Part shown: positions 44,716-56,785 of the stretch, piece by piece
How positions within the stretch are numbered: the first letter of the stretch is position 1
Layout: the number at the start of each line of letters is the position of its first letter
NCBI GenBank assembly: GCA_900771325.1
Contig: CAAGNN010000087.1
Span: 1-63,668 of the forward strand
Source: Kiritimatiellia bacterium
GTDB taxonomy: Bacteria; Verrucomicrobiota; Kiritimatiellia; RFP12; DVOR01
Direction: 5' to 3'
DNA: 63,668 bases
Translations under genes and position numbers: made by a program
Notes under the pieces: generated by a model
What the model saw: only the letters and a program-made list of their open reading frames with translations
Database searches by the model: none
What the model was told of the DNA's origin: nothing

Positions 44716-47217
44716 TTAGAAGAGCTGCATTTGGCAGGCGGGGTCTTCGCCGGAGGAGGCGCGGCGGCGCTTGGGGATCTCGAGGCGGACGGTTTTCTGG
44801 CTCTCGAGGCTGGAGAGGATGTCGTTGGCGCGGGCGATGACGGAGGTGGGCATCCCGGCGAGGCGGGCGACGTGGATGCCGTAGCTTTTGTCAGCCGAGC
44901 CTGGGATGATGCGGCGGAGGAAGACGATGGTCTCGCCTTGGTCGCGCACCTGGACGGTGTAGTTCTTGACGCCGGGGAGGACGGCGGCGAGCTCGGTGAG
45001 TTCGTGGTAGTGGGTGGCGAAGAGGGTGCGGGCTTTGCGGTCGAGGCGGTTGTGGAGGTATTCGACCACGCTCCAGGCGATGGAGATGCCGTCGAAGGTG
45101 GAGGTGCCGCGGCCGATTTCGTCGAGGACGATGAGCGAGCGCGGGGTGGCGTTGTTGAGGATGTTGGCGGTCTCTTGCATCTCGACCATAAAGGTGGAGC
45201 GGCCGCGGGCGAGGTCGTCCCCGGCGCCGACGCGGGTGAAGACGCGGTCGATGAGGCCGACGTGCATCGCTTCGGCCGGGACGTAGGAGCCGAGGTGGGC
45301 CATAATCGCGAGGATGGCCACTTGGCGGATGTAGGTGGACTTGCCGGCCATATTGGGCCCGGTGATGAGGATAATCTGCTGGGCGGTGCCGTCGACCTGG
45401 GTGTCGTTGGGGACGAAGCGCTCGGCGCCGGGCTGGAGCTCGACGATGGGGTGGCGGCCTTCGCGGATGGTGAGGTCGGTGGAGTCGTCGACCACCGGGC
45501 AGGTGTAGGCGAGGGCGAGGGCGCGGTCGGCAAAGCCTTGGAGGACATCGAGGCGGGCGACGGCGGTGGCGGTGGCCTGGATTTCGGCTAGGAAGGCGCA
45601 GGCCTTTTGGCGGAGGTCTTGGAAGAGCTCGTATTCCAAGGCGTTGCCCTTCTCCTGGGCGCCGAGGATGCGGCTTTCGTATTCTTTGAGCTCGGGGGTG
45701 ATGAAGCGCTCGGCGTTGACGACGGTCTGGCGGCGCTCGTAGGAGGCCGGGACGTTGGCGAGCTGGCCCTTGGTCACCTCGATGTAGAAGCCGAAGACGT
45801 TGTTGCGGCGGACGCGGAGGTTGCGGATGCCGGTGGCCTCTTGCTGCTGGAGCTGGTAGGTGGCCACCCAGTTGTGGCCCTCCTGAGAGGCGGTGCGGAA
45901 GTCGTCGAGCGCGGCGTTGTAGCCGGAGCGGAAGAGGCCGCCTTCGCGGATGGTGAGGGGCGGGTCGTCGACGAGGGCCGCGAGGAGTTCGCGCGTGAGC
46001 TCTGGCAGGTCGTGGAGGGAGGCGAAGATCTCTTGAAGGGCGGGCGATTGGGTCTGGGCGATGAGCGAACGCAGGGCAGGGATCTGGGCGAGGGAGTCGG
46101 CCAGGGCGCGCAGGTCGCGGGCGTTGCCCGAGCCGCCGGAGAGGCGGGTCATCACGCGCTCGAAGTCGCGGGTGTCGGCCAGGTGGGTGCGCAGGTCGGA
46201 GAGGAGGCGGCGATTGGCGATGAGCTCGGTGACGGCGGCCTGGCGGGCGTGGATGGCTTCAAGCTCGCGCAAGGGGGAGCGGATCCAGGCGCGCAGGAGG
46301 CGCTTGCCCATGGGGGTCTTGGTGCCGTCGAGGACGCCGAGGAGGGTCTCGGCTTCGGGGCGGCCGCCGGGGACGGGGAGGAGGTCAAGGTTGCGGCAGG
46401 TGCATTCGTCGAGGGCCAGGAAGGCGCTGCCCTGGCGGACGGTGAGGCCGCGGACGTGGGAGATGTCGCGATGGAGCTCTTGCCAGACGTAGTGGAGGAG
46501 CGCGCCGGCGGATTGGACCCAGGCGGGGCGGGGGCCTTGGCCGCAGTAGCCTTCAAGGGAGTGGATCTTGAAGTGGCGCTTGAGCATATCTTCGGCGGCG
46601 TCGGACATAAACTGCCAGGCGTCGGTCATCGTGACGGTGCCGGCGACCTCGTGGGTGAGGGCGGGGGCGAAGAGGGCGGACTGCTCGTCGGAGACCAGGG
46701 TCTCGCTGGGGGCGATGCGGCGGAGGGCTTCGATGAGCGCGCCGGCGTCGGGGGCATCCTCCACGCAGAGTTCGCCGGTGGAGAGTTCGAGCGCGGCCAC
46801 GCCATAGGTCTCCTTCTTGCCGGCGAAGACGGCGGCGATGAAGTTGGAGGCATTCGCGTCGAGGATGCTCTCTTCGGTGAGCGTGCCGGGGGAGACGATG
46901 CGGGTGATTTCGCGGCGGACCAGGCCCTTGGCCGTCTTGGGGTCCTCGGTTTGCTCGCAGACGGCGGCCTTGAGGCCGGCGCGGACGACCTTGGCGAGGT
47001 AGCTATCAAGCGCGTGGTAGGGCACGCCGCACATCGGCACGCCGGCGCGTTTGGTGATGGTGACACCGAGGATGGGGGCCGCGCGGTGGGCGTCCTCGAA
47101 GAACATCTCGTAGAAGTCGCCCATCCGGAAGAAGAGGATGGTCTCGTCGTCCAAGTCCTCCTTGGTCCGGCGATACTGCCGCATCATCGGGGTGAGGCCG
47201 TCAGTTTCCTTAGCCAT
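44716..47217 (-). CDS. mutS: DNA mismatch repair protein MutS
   Basis: TPMMRQYRRTKE N-terminus and Walker A GPNMAGKSTYIRQ. The start at the ATG at 47217 overlaps the ribF stop by 8 nt. Confidence 0.95.
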   Translation of the reverse strand: MAKETDGLTPMMRQYRRTKEDLDDETILFFRMGDFYEMFFEDAHRAAPILGVTITKRAGVPMCGVPYHALDSYLAKVVRAGLKAAVCEQTEDPKTAKGLVRREITRIVSPGTLTEESILDANASNFIAAVFAGKKETYGVAALELSTGELCVEDAPDAGALIEALRRIAPSETLVSDEQSALFAPALTHEVAGTVTMTDAWQFMSDAAEDMLKRHFKIHSLEGYCGQGPRPAWVQSAGALLHYVWQELHRDISHVRGLTVRQGSAFLALDECTCRNLDLLPVPGGRPEAETLLGVLDGTKTPMGKRLLRAWIRSPLRELEAIHARQAAVTELIANRRLLSDLRTHLADTRDFERVMTRLSGGSGNARDLRALADSLAQIPALRSLIAQTQSPALQEIFASLHDLPELTRELLAALVDDPPLTIREGGLFRSGYNAALDDFRTASQEGHNWVATYQLQQQEATGIRNLRVRRNNVFGFYIEVTKGQLANVPASYERRQTVVNAERFITPELKEYESRILGAQEKGNALEYELFQDLRQKACAFLAEIQATATAVARLDVLQGFADRALALAYTCPVVDDSTDLTIREGRHPIVELQPGAERFVPNDTQVDGTAQQIILITGPNMAGKSTYIRQVAILAIMAHLGSYVPAEAMHVGLIDRVFTRVGAGDDLARGRSTFMVEMQETANILNNATPRSLIVLDEIGRGTSTFDGISIAWSVVEYLHNRLDRKARTLFATHYHELTELAAVLPGVKNYTVQVRDQGETIVFLRRIIPGSADKSYGIHVARLAGMPTSVIARANDILSSLESQKTVRLEIPKRRRASSGEDPACQMQLF

Positions 47218-48136
47218 TGCAAGCTTCCAGCAGGTGGGTGAGGTCGTCGGCAATCTGCGCCTTGAGGGCATCGAGCCCGGCAAAGGGGCGCTCGGCGCGC
47301 AGGCGGGGCCGGGTGAAGGTGAGCGTCACGTCGCAGCCGTACGCATCGCCGGACCAGCCGGGTAGGTACGCCTCGAAGAGGGGCGCGGCTTCGGTCTTGA
47401 GGGTCGGGGCCACGCCAAAGTTGACGAGCGCCGGGCGCGTTTCGGTGCCGAGCGTGGCCTGGGCGCAGTAGACCCCGCGCGCCAGGGGCACCAGCCGCTC
47501 GCCATCGCGGCCGCGGTAGGGGAGATTGAGGGTGGGGAAGCCGAGGGAGGGGCCGGCCAGGCCGCGGCCACGGATGACCGTGCCGCAAAAGTTCCACGCT
47601 CGGCCGAGCATCGCCGCAACGGCCGCCAGGTCGCCGGCTTGGAGGGCGGAGCGGATGCGGGTGGAGGAGACGCGCTCGCCCTGCCACTGCGCGTAGGGGA
47701 CGATGTGGACTTCCAGCCCGGCCGCGCGCGCAGTCTCCGGCGAGCCGCTGGCTCCGGCCCCAAAGCGCCAATCTTCGCCGCAGAAGAGCGTGGCCCCACG
47801 GAGGCGGCGGATGAAGTCGGCGGCTGGCAGGGCGGCAAAGGCGGGGGTGAAGGGCTGCTGGATGAGGCGGGCTTCGCCTTCGGAGAGGGCCGCGCGCAGG
47901 AGTTCGAGGTTGCGTGCGTCATCGACGATGCGCCCGGGATCGTGCGCCGGATCGAGCAGCGTGAGGGGAAGCTGGCCAAAGGTGAGGACGCAGGCCGCGC
48001 GGCCGGTGGCACGGGCGTAGGCCAACATCTCGCGCAAGAGCGCCTGGTGGCCCAAGTGGAAGCCATCAAAGGAGCCCACGGCCAGGGCGGCATTCGCGGG
48101 CAGCGCGTCCAGGGAGTTGACCAGGGTGCAGGCCAT
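47210..48136 (-). CDS. ribF: bifunctional riboflavin kinase / FMN adenylyltransferase
   Basis: GSFDGFHLGHQALL motif and a C-terminal riboflavin kinase domain. The ATG overlaps the truB stop (TAATG). Confidence 0.9.
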   Translation of the reverse strand: MACTLVNSLDALPANAALAVGSFDGFHLGHQALLREMLAYARATGRAACVLTFGQLPLTLLDPAHDPGRIVDDARNLELLRAALSEGEARLIQQPFTPAFAALPAADFIRRLRGATLFCGEDWRFGAGASGSPETARAAGLEVHIVPYAQWQGERVSSTRIRSALQAGDLAAVAAMLGRAWNFCGTVIRGRGLAGPSLGFPTLNLPYRGRDGERLVPLARGVYCAQATLGTETRPALVNFGVAPTLKTEAAPLFEAYLPGWSGDAYGCDVTLTFTRPRLRAERPFAGLDALKAQIADDLTHLLEACNG

Positions 48137-48882
48137 TAGGGCGTGCCGGTGAGGTATTGCGGGCAGGGGATGACGCGCCGCTCAACGTCCGCACGGCTCA
48201 TCTCCAGCAAGTCGGCGAAGGGCGTGGCCTGCGCCACGGTGATTTGGCCGCTGACCGTGCGCCGCAGGGCGCAGAGGTGCGCGCCCACGTCCAGCGTTTG
48301 GCCGAGATCGTGGGCCAAGGTGCGCACATAGGTGCCCTTGGAGCAGGTCACCTCGAAATCCGCCTCCGCGCGTTCTTCGGCTGGGCGGAAGGCGGTGATG
48401 CGGAAGGCGAAGATGTGGACGAAGCGCTCTTCGCGCTCGCACTCTTCCCCACGCATCGCCATCTTATAGAGCGGCTGGCCGGCAATCTTCACGGCAGAGA
48501 ACATCGGCGGCTTCTGGAAGAGGTCGCCCACGAAGTCGCGCGCAATTGCCTCGCGGATGGCCTCCTCGCTCAGGCCGGCGGTGGGGTGCTCCTCGAGCAC
48601 TTCGCCCAAGCGGTCTTGCGTGGTGGTGGCCGCGCCGAAGCGGATGGTGCCGGTGTAGGTCTTCACCTGGCCCATCACGCGCTCGGAGATCTTGGTGCCC
48701 TTGCCCAAAAGAATGAGCAGGAGTCCGGTGGCGTCCGGATCGAGCGTGCCACCGTGGCCGACCTTGGCGAAGGCGAACTTGTGGCGGAGCGTGGCCACCA
48801 CAACGTGCGAGACGAGCCCGGCGGGCTTGTCCACCGCCAGGATGCCGTCAGGGTCCGGGAACTCGCTGATAGGCTTCCCCAC
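48136..48882 (-). CDS. truB: tRNA pseudouridine(55) synthase
   Basis: GILAVDKPAGLVSH and GHGGTLDPDATGLL motifs. GTG start. Confidence 0.92.
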   Translation of the reverse strand: MGKPISEFPDPDGILAVDKPAGLVSHVVVATLRHKFAFAKVGHGGTLDPDATGLLLILLGKGTKISERVMGQVKTYTGTIRFGAATTTQDRLGEVLEEHPTAGLSEEAIREAIARDFVGDLFQKPPMFSAVKIAGQPLYKMAMRGEECEREERFVHIFAFRITAFRPAEERAEADFEVTCSKGTYVRTLAHDLGQTLDVGAHLCALRRTVSGQITVAQATPFADLLEMSRADVERRVIPCPQYLTGTP

Positions 48883-48887
48883 CGCGC

Positions 48888-49274
48888 TTACTCCTCGGGG
48901 CTCGCCGTCTCAGCCGGGGCCTCTTCCGGGAGGTCGAGGTGGCTGAGGATGTCGAGCACGCGGTCGCCCTTGGCGATGCCCACATCCAGGCGGAAGCGCA
49001 GGTGGGGCGTGAAGCGCAGGGTGAGGTTGCGGTTGATGAGCTCTTGCAGCTCGCGGGCGTGCTTGGAGAGGCGGCGCAACCAGGTGGGGTGCTGCTCGGC
49101 ATCGCGGATGGAGACCCACACATCGGCCGTGCGCAGGTTCGGCGCGCAGGCCACCTTCGTGACGGTCACACCGGCGATGTCAATCTCCGGGTCGGATTGC
49201 AGCACGCGGAAGAGGTCGTCGGCAATCTCGCGCTGGAGGAGTGAGTTAATACGGTCGAGACGGTTAACGGACAT
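48888..49274 (-). CDS. rbfA: ribosome-binding factor A
   Basis: MSVNRLDRINSLLQREIADDL... is a typical RbfA. Start at the ATG at 49274, which is M48 of the listed ORF. Confidence 0.9.
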   Translation of the reverse strand: MSVNRLDRINSLLQREIADDLFRVLQSDPEIDIAGVTVTKVACAPNLRTADVWVSIRDAEQHPTWLRRLSKHARELQELINRNLTLRFTPHLRFRLDVGIAKGDRVLDILSHLDLPEEAPAETASPEE

Positions 49275-49296
49275 AGGCGGCTCCTGCGTTGGGGCG

Positions 49297-52050
49297 TTAG
49301 AGCGTCTTGGGCAGCTCTTCCATCTCGTAGCACTCGACCGTGTCGCCCTCGCGGAACTCCTCGAAGGAGCCGAAGCCCAGGCCGCACTCCTGCGCGGGGG
49401 CAATCTCCTTGACATCGTCCTTGAAGTGCTTCATCGTGACGACAGCGCCATCGAAGATCTGCGTCTTGCCACGATAGATGCGGAACTTGCCCTTGAAGGT
49501 GAGCGAACCGTCGAGCATCTGGCAACCGGCAATCTTGCCGAGCTTGCTGATGTCGAAGACCTGGCGGATCTCGGCGTGGCCGCGGACGACCTCCTTGTAC
49601 TCCGGCGCAATGAGTTCAAGCATACAGCGCTTGACGTGCTCGATGAGCTCGTAGATGATGCGGAAGGTGTTGATGCGCACGCCATTCTGCCGGGCCATCG
49701 CCTGGACGCCCGGCTCGCAGTTCACGCCGAAGCCCACCACGATGGCGCCCTTGGCGCGCTGCACATCGGCCGCCGTCACAGAGCCCACGCCGGAATAGAG
49801 GATCTTGAGCGAGACCTTCTGCGAGACGATGCCCTTGAGGCACTCGACCACCGCTTCAGCCGTGCCCTGCGCATCGCCCTTGACGATGACGTCGAGCTCG
49901 CCCTTGCCGTCGGCCTCCAGGCGCTTGGTCCAGTCGGCCATAATCGACGACTGCGCGGCGGAGAGGGACTGGAGCTTGTTCGCTTCGGCGGTCTTCTCGG
50001 CCAATTCGCGCGCCCGCTTCTCGTTGAGCATCACGCGGAACTCCGAGCCGGCCTCCGGCACGCCCGAAAGACCTGTGCACTTGACCGCGATCGAGGGCCC
50101 AGCGGACTTGGTGGGCTTGCCGCGCTCATCAATGAGCGAGCGGACCTTGCCGTAGTGTTCGCCGCAGAGCACCACATCGCCCACGTGGAGCGTGCCGCCC
50201 TGAACCAGCAGCGTGGCCGTCGGCCCCAAACCCTGCTCGAGCTGCGACTCGATGACCGCGCCGTTCGCACGGCGGTTCGGGTTGGCCTGCAACTCCATCA
50301 CGTCGGCCTGGATGAGGATGGTCTCCAAGAGGTCCTCGACGCCCTGGCCGGTGGTGCCGGAGACTTCGCAGCACTCGATATCGCCACCCCAAGTGCTCGG
50401 GGTGAGACCTTCGCCCTGGAGCATCTGATAGACGCGCATAGGGTTGGCATCGGGCTTATCGCACTTGGTGACGGCCACGAGCATCTGCACGCCGGCGTTG
50501 CGGGCGTGCTTGATCGCCTCGCGCGTTTGGGGCATCACGCCGTCGTCGGCCGCCACGATGATGACGGCGATGTCGGTGATGTTCGCGCCACGGGCACGCA
50601 TCGACTCGAAAGCCGAGTGACCGGGGGTGTCGACGAAGGTAATCAGGCGCTTGTTGCCGTTGTCGTCGCGCTGCTCGAGCTCGATGGTGTAGGCGGCGAT
50701 GTGCTGGGTGATGCCACCGGCTTCGCCCGCGGCCACGTGGGCCTTGCGGATGTAGTCCATCAGGGTGGTCTTGCCGTGGTCGACGTGGCCCAGGAAGGTG
50801 ACCACCGGCGGACGCAGCTTCATCTCCTCGGGCTTATCCTCGGGGATCTCGTCATCGGCATCTTCGCTCTTGAGCTGCGGCTTGCGTTCGGCCGAGCGCT
50901 TGGAGCGCTCCTCGACCTCGGCGGCAAAGCCATACTTCTCGGCCACCTTCTGGATGACCGACATCTCGAGCATCTGGTTGATGGAGGCGAGCACATTCAG
51001 CCCCATCAGGTCCATAATCAGCAAATTGGGGCGCACGCCCATCAGTTCGGCCAGTTCCTTGACGGTGACCGGGCCATCGAGCTGGAGCTTCTTGCCCTCG
51101 CCGGAGGTGACGATCGTGGCGGCGGCGGCCTTGACCGGCTTGCGGAGGCGGTCGCTGCGCTCGTTCATCTCGGCACGATCGGCGCGGTCATTGCGGCCAT
51201 AACGGTCGTTGCTGCGGCGGTCGCCCGGGCGGGCCGCGCCGGCGTTGCCCCGGACTCCGGGGGCGGACTGCGGCCCATTGGCAAAGCGGTTGGCGCCCGG
51301 ACCGCGGGCTCCGGCAGGGCCCTCGGCGCGCTCGCCGCGCTTCTTCTCGCGGTTACCGCCCGCAGGCTGCGTGGGCGAGAGACCGAGCGAGACCGGCGTG
51401 GCCTTCGGCGTCGGTCCGAGCGAGGCGGTAAACTTCGGCTTGGGCGGCTCGGCCTTCGGCGGCGGAACGGGCGCGGGGGCCGGGGTGGGGGCCAAGGTGG
51501 CCTTGGGCGCAGCGGGCTTCGCCGGAGCCGGGGCGGGCTTGGGCTCGGCCTTGGGCGGCTCAACCTTGGGCTCCACCTTCGCTTCGGGGGCCTTGGGCGG
51601 CTCGACGGGCGCTTCGGCCTTCACCTTGGCAGGCTTAACCTCCGGCGCGGGCTCGGCCTTGGGCGCGGGCTCAGCCTTGGGCTCGGGCTTGACCTCGGGG
51701 GCCTTGGGCGCGACCGGCTTAGAGGCGGGGGCGGCGCGTTCGCCCTTCTTGGCCTCGGCCTCGAGGGCCAGACGGCGGTGCGCTTCCACGGCTTCGCGAT
51801 TCTGGCGAGCCTCTTCGGCGCGGACCGTTTCGCCCTTGGCCTTGCGGCTCTTGCGCTTGGCCTCGTAGTCGGCCAGCAGTTTGGCGCGCTCGCTCTCCAT
51901 CAGCCCCTTGGCCCACTGCGCCAGGCGCGTGAGTTCATCGGGCTCCAGCGCCGAGAGGGTGGAGGAGACCTCCAGCCCCAGCGCCTTCGCCTTGGCCAGG
52001 ACAATGCCGGCGGGCAGGTTCGCCTGTTTTGCAAACTCGGAAACTCTCAT
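49297..52050 (-). CDS. infB: translation initiation factor IF-2
   Basis: G-domain motifs [17 protein letters not shown] and TKCD. Long Ala/Pro/Lys-rich N-terminal region. Confidence 0.97.
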   Translation of the reverse strand: MRVSEFAKQANLPAGIVLAKAKALGLEVSSTLSALEPDELTRLAQWAKGLMESERAKLLADYEAKRKSRKAKGETVRAEEARQNREAVEAHRRLALEAEAKKGERAAPASKPVAPKAPEVKPEPKAEPAPKAEPAPEVKPAKVKAEAPVEPPKAPEAKVEPKVEPPKAEPKPAPAPAKPAAPKATLAPTPAPAPVPPPKAEPPKPKFTASLGPTPKATPVSLGLSPTQPAGGNREKKRGERAEGPAGARGPGANRFANGPQSAPGVRGNAGAARPGDRRSNDRYGRNDRADRAEMNERSDRLRKPVKAAAATIVTSGEGKKLQLDGPVTVKELAELMGVRPNLLIMDLMGLNVLASINQMLEMSVIQKVAEKYGFAAEVEERSKRSAERKPQLKSEDADDEIPEDKPEEMKLRPPVVTFLGHVDHGKTTLMDYIRKAHVAAGEAGGITQHIAAYTIELEQRDDNGNKRLITFVDTPGHSAFESMRARGANITDIAVIIVAADDGVMPQTREAIKHARNAGVQMLVAVTKCDKPDANPMRVYQMLQGEGLTPSTWGGDIECCEVSGTTGQGVEDLLETILIQADVMELQANPNRRANGAVIESQLEQGLGPTATLLVQGGTLHVGDVVLCGEHYGKVRSLIDERGKPTKSAGPSIAVKCTGLSGVPEAGSEFRVMLNEKRARELAEKTAEANKLQSLSAAQSSIMADWTKRLEADGKGELDVIVKGDAQGTAEAVVECLKGIVSQKVSLKILYSGVGSVTAADVQRAKGAIVVGFGVNCEPGVQAMARQNGVRINTFRIIYELIEHVKRCMLELIAPEYKEVVRGHAEIRQVFDISKLGKIAGCQMLDGSLTFKGKFRIYRGKTQIFDGAVVTMKHFKDDVKEIAPAQECGLGFGSFEEFREGDTVECYEMEELPKTL

Positions 52051-52055
52051 CTTGC

Positions 52056-53333
52056 TTACTCTCCCTGCTGGTCGACGAGCGCCTGGGCCCGCTCGTAGAT
52101 GGCCTTGACTTGCTCATCGTCGAGCCCGGTCGTCTCCTGGAAGTAGGCCTGCTCGGCGTGGAGGACGCCTTCGGGCGAGTGGAAGCCGCGGTCGAAGAGC
52201 GCCTCGGCCACCACGGTGGTGATCTCCAGTTCCTTGGCCAGCTGGTGGACCATCTCGTCGCGTTTGCTCTCGAAGATCTGCTCGTCGGTCTCCTCGCCGG
52301 CGATGACCTCATCGGCGGTGATGGAGATCTTCCAGCCGGTCAGGCGCGTGGCCAGGCGGACATTCTGCCCGGCGCGGCCGATGGCCAGCGAGAGCTTGTC
52401 GGCCGGGACGGTGGCGTAGATGGCGTGCGCGTCGTCATCGACCGTGAGGGTGGTCGGCTCGGCGGGCTTGAGGGCCTCGCGGGCGTAGAGCTCGGGGTCG
52501 TCGCTGTACTTGACGATGTCAATCTTCTCGCCATTGAGCTCGCGGACCACGTTCTTCACGCGCGCCCCGCGCATCCCAATGCACGAGCCCTGAGGGTCGA
52601 CATCGGGGTTCAGCGAGCGGACGGCCACCTTCGCGCGGCGGCCTGGATCGCGCGCCACGCTCACCACCTCGATGACCCCATCGGCAATCTCGGCAACCTC
52701 CAGGCGGAAGAGCGCCTTCACGAAGTCCGGGCAAGCGCGCGAGAGGGTAATCGCAGGGCCCGAGGCATCATTCTGCACGCGAAGCACGTAGGCGCGAATC
52801 ACATCGCCCGTGGAATACTCTTCGGAGGGAATCCGCTCCTTGGCCGGCAGCAACGCCTCGGTCTTTCCCAGCTCCACATAAATATCCTTGCGCGCGACCA
52901 TCTTCACCGTGCCGGTGACGATGTCGCCCACGCGGTCCTTGTATTCGTTGTAGACGTTGCTGCGCTCGGCCTCGCGAATCTTCTGCATAATCGTCTGCTT
53001 GGCCGTCTGCGCGGAAATGCGCCCGAGCTTCTCGGCCGGGAAGGGAATCCGCACCGTCTCGCCCTCCTGCGCCTCCGGGTCGAAACGCCGCGCCTGCGCC
53101 ACCGTCACAATCCCCGGCCCGCGCTCGGTGTTGGAGACCGCATATTCGTCCGAAGCCGAAATCGTCAAGGTCTTGCGGTCAATCTTCACCCGGAAGTCCG
53201 CCGACACGCGCGTATTCTTGCGCGCGGCCTGCTCAATCGAGCTCTCGATAGCCTGCAAAATTGTCTCGCGGTCCACACCGCGCTCCCGCTCAAGGAAGTT
53301 GACCACTGCCTGAAGCTCGCCATTCACTGCCAT
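52056..53333 (-). CDS. nusA: transcription termination/antitermination factor NusA
   Basis: N-terminal domain, S1 (GDIVTGTVKMV) and KH domains (IGMRGARVKNV, IGRAGQNVRLA). Start at the ATG at 53333. Confidence 0.95.
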   Translation of the reverse strand: MAVNGELQAVVNFLERERGVDRETILQAIESSIEQAARKNTRVSADFRVKIDRKTLTISASDEYAVSNTERGPGIVTVAQARRFDPEAQEGETVRIPFPAEKLGRISAQTAKQTIMQKIREAERSNVYNEYKDRVGDIVTGTVKMVARKDIYVELGKTEALLPAKERIPSEEYSTGDVIRAYVLRVQNDASGPAITLSRACPDFVKALFRLEVAEIADGVIEVVSVARDPGRRAKVAVRSLNPDVDPQGSCIGMRGARVKNVVRELNGEKIDIVKYSDDPELYAREALKPAEPTTLTVDDDAHAIYATVPADKLSLAIGRAGQNVRLATRLTGWKISITADEVIAGEETDEQIFESKRDEMVHQLAKELEITTVVAEALFDRGFHSPEGVLHAEQAYFQETTGLDDEQVKAIYERAQALVDQQGE

Positions 53334-53423
53334 CGCTCTGACTCCTCTGTCTGTGCTCGTTTGCTCTAACAAAAAAGCGCAGGCCCTCGCCCACGCTTCT
53401 ACCTAGAAATAGAAAACGCGCGC

Positions 53424-53453
53424 AAAATAACACACTCGGGGCCCATTTGTCAA
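53424..53453 (-). promoter_or_regulatory. putative promoter TTGACA-N18-TATTTT with TGTG extension (nusA operon)
   Basis: On the reverse complement, TTGACA lies at 53448-53453 and TGTGTTATTTT at 53424-53434. Confidence 0.5.
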
Positions 53454-53566
53454 CTCGCTAACGCTCACTTCGCTCGCGGGAGGTGCGCCTCCGGCGCGTG
53501 AGGGTGGCCCTGCAGACCGTGAGGAGCGGACTATCGCCCGCGTGAGGTGCGCCCGCCTACGCGCAC

Positions 53567-53654
53567 GATAGCCCCGGGTTGACCTCGGACCCGGGGCGGG
53601 TTGACCCTCGACCTGGGCCTAGTTCACCTTGGACTCGGGGCGGGTGGAATTATT
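53567..53654. repeat. 22-bp tandem array, ~4 degenerate units
   Basis: Units start at 53567, 53589 (ACCCGGGGCGGGTTGACCCTCG), 53611 and 53633. Confidence 0.8.
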
Positions 53655-53735
53655 AAGTCCCGGACTTATCGCCGATAAGTGGGGGACTTATGGCCGATAA
53701 GTCCGGGACTTATTTCCGGTAAGTGGTGGACTTAA
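53653..53735. repeat. eight hexamer half-sites in alternating orientation at exact 11-bp spacing
   Basis: TTAAGT 53653, ACTTAT 53664, ATAAGT 53675, ACTTAT 53686, ATAAGT 53697, ACTTAT 53708, GTAAGT 53719, ACTTAA 53730. Each pair is separated by a 5-nt GC-rich spacer. Confidence 0.95.
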
Positions 53736-54400
53736 TGGTTGGCCCGGGGTGGGCGGGAGATGAGGAGGCGGCGCGGGGGTGTTTGGCTGGCGGGGTGGGC
53801 CTGGGCGTAGAGCGCGCGCAGGGCGGCCTCGGCGGCGGGGGCTTCGGCGGCAGGGAGGTTGCGGAAGCCCTCCAAGTGAGTCGAGGTGGGAGCGTTGGTG
53901 AAGCGATTGACGGTGGCAACCTTGAGGAAGAAGAAGAGATCTGAGAGGCCGTTGCGGTGATTGACGCAGCGGGGCGCGAGGAAGTCGGCGGCGCGGATGG
54001 CGTGCGTGCCGAGGCGCCCAATGTAGAGTGCACGCCGGTCGGTGACGGCATAGATGACCCTAACGCTCCAGAGCCAGTGCCAGAGGGGCGAGAGGATCAG
54101 CCCGATGCCGATGGCGAAGAAGGGCAGGAGGAAGGTGCTGCGGGCGAGGCGGTCGGTGAAGGGAATCGCGTCGGTGATGACCTTGAAGACGATGGCGGTG
54201 CGTCCCTCGACTGGCACAGTCGAAGGGCTTAGGACACTCCAGAGTTTCCAGGCCAGCAGACAACACCAGAAGATGCCGACCGAGACAACCACCGGCCACT
54301 TGGGGAACCAAGCGCTTGGGCGCGGCTTGGCGTACCAGACGAGGTGTTCACCGTCCTCGAGCCGGCGCTCGATGCGCGCTTGCAGGGCGGGATCGAGCAT
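53732..54400 (-). CDS. hypothetical membrane protein
   Basis: 222 aa with two or three hydrophobic segments (WPVVVSVGIFWCCLLAWKLW, FLLPFFAIGIGLILSPLW). It lies 9 nt downstream of ettA on the same strand. I recognise no family. Confidence 0.55.
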   Translation of the reverse strand: MLDPALQARIERRLEDGEHLVWYAKPRPSAWFPKWPVVVSVGIFWCCLLAWKLWSVLSPSTVPVEGRTAIVFKVITDAIPFTDRLARSTFLLPFFAIGIGLILSPLWHWLWSVRVIYAVTDRRALYIGRLGTHAIRAADFLAPRCVNHRNGLSDLFFFLKVATVNRFTNAPTSTHLEGFRNLPAAEAPAAEAALRALYAQAHPASQTPPRRLLISRPPRANH

Positions 54401-54409
54401 CGGGTGGCC

Positions 54410-56065
<1,656 letters not shown>

Positions 56066-56083
56066 GCGTCGGACTCCTTTGGG

Positions 56084-56779
56084 TTAAACATCAAAGACAA
56101 GGAATTGGTGGAAGAGGAAGGTAAAGTTCTCTACCGCGTAGTCGATATGGTAGTGCCCGGCGAACCAGTGGCCGAAGGTCAGCTTCTCGCACAGCGTCTC
56201 CAACCACCGCTCCGTGCTCTGGTCAAGCTCCACCTGGCTGCCCAGCGGCGGCAACTTCTCGCGCGGCACTTGCGAGAGCGGGCAGGTGTGCGTCAGGACG
56301 GCATCCACCTGCCAATTCGCGCGCGCGGCCGCCGCCTCCGCCCGGGCGCGGATCTCGACCGAGGGCTGCTCGTCCTCGAACCACGCCCAGTGGTTCAGCA
56401 ACCTGTAGAACTTGTCCACCGAGTAGGCCCCGCCGATGACCAGCACCCGCTGCCGGCCGAGCGTGTAGAGCTCCCCATCCACGGGAAAGACCTGGTTGGG
56501 GAAGCGCGGATCCACGTAGACCTGCCCCCCGAAGCCCGGCTGCAACTCGTAGCCCGCCACCGTCTCCGGCCGCGCCTCGTGGTTGCCGTGGATGCAGAAG
56601 AGGGTGATGGGCAGCTGCGCCAAGTGCTGCTTCAAGGCCAGCGCGCGCGCGTCCTGAAAGTAGTTAATCCCCGCGTCGCCCAGGAGAATAAGCACATCGC
56701 TCGGCTGCGTCTGCCACTCCCGGCAGAACGCCTCCACCTCCGCGAAGTCGCCGTGCTTATCGCCCGTAATCCAAATCAT
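56084..56779 (-). CDS. metallophosphoesterase family protein
   Basis: MIWITGDKHGD, LGDAG.NY, GNHE and GHYH motifs. Confidence 0.8.
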   Translation of the reverse strand: MIWITGDKHGDFAEVEAFCREWQTQPSDVLILLGDAGINYFQDARALALKQHLAQLPITLFCIHGNHEARPETVAGYELQPGFGGQVYVDPRFPNQVFPVDGELYTLGRQRVLVIGGAYSVDKFYRLLNHWAWFEDEQPSVEIRARAEAAAARANWQVDAVLTHTCPLSQVPREKLPPLGSQVELDQSTERWLETLCEKLTFGHWFAGHYHIDYAVENFTFLFHQFLVFDV

Positions 56780-56785
56780 ACCGCC

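Noticed and set aside
48157-52098. Very long ORFs antisense to or overlapping real genes, for example 48157-52098 (1313 aa), 54344-57268 (974 aa), 38125-40488, 59834-61570, 61771-63486, 1525-3021, 9265-10884, 20383-21924, 24039-25700, 41134-42891 and 45607-47241
   Set aside because: Each lies opposite a gene with unmistakable family motifs (infB, ettA, gyrA, fhs, pheS, uvrC, oadB and others). Their translations are low-complexity G/A/R/V/E-rich sequences typical of stop-poor antisense frames in high-GC DNA.
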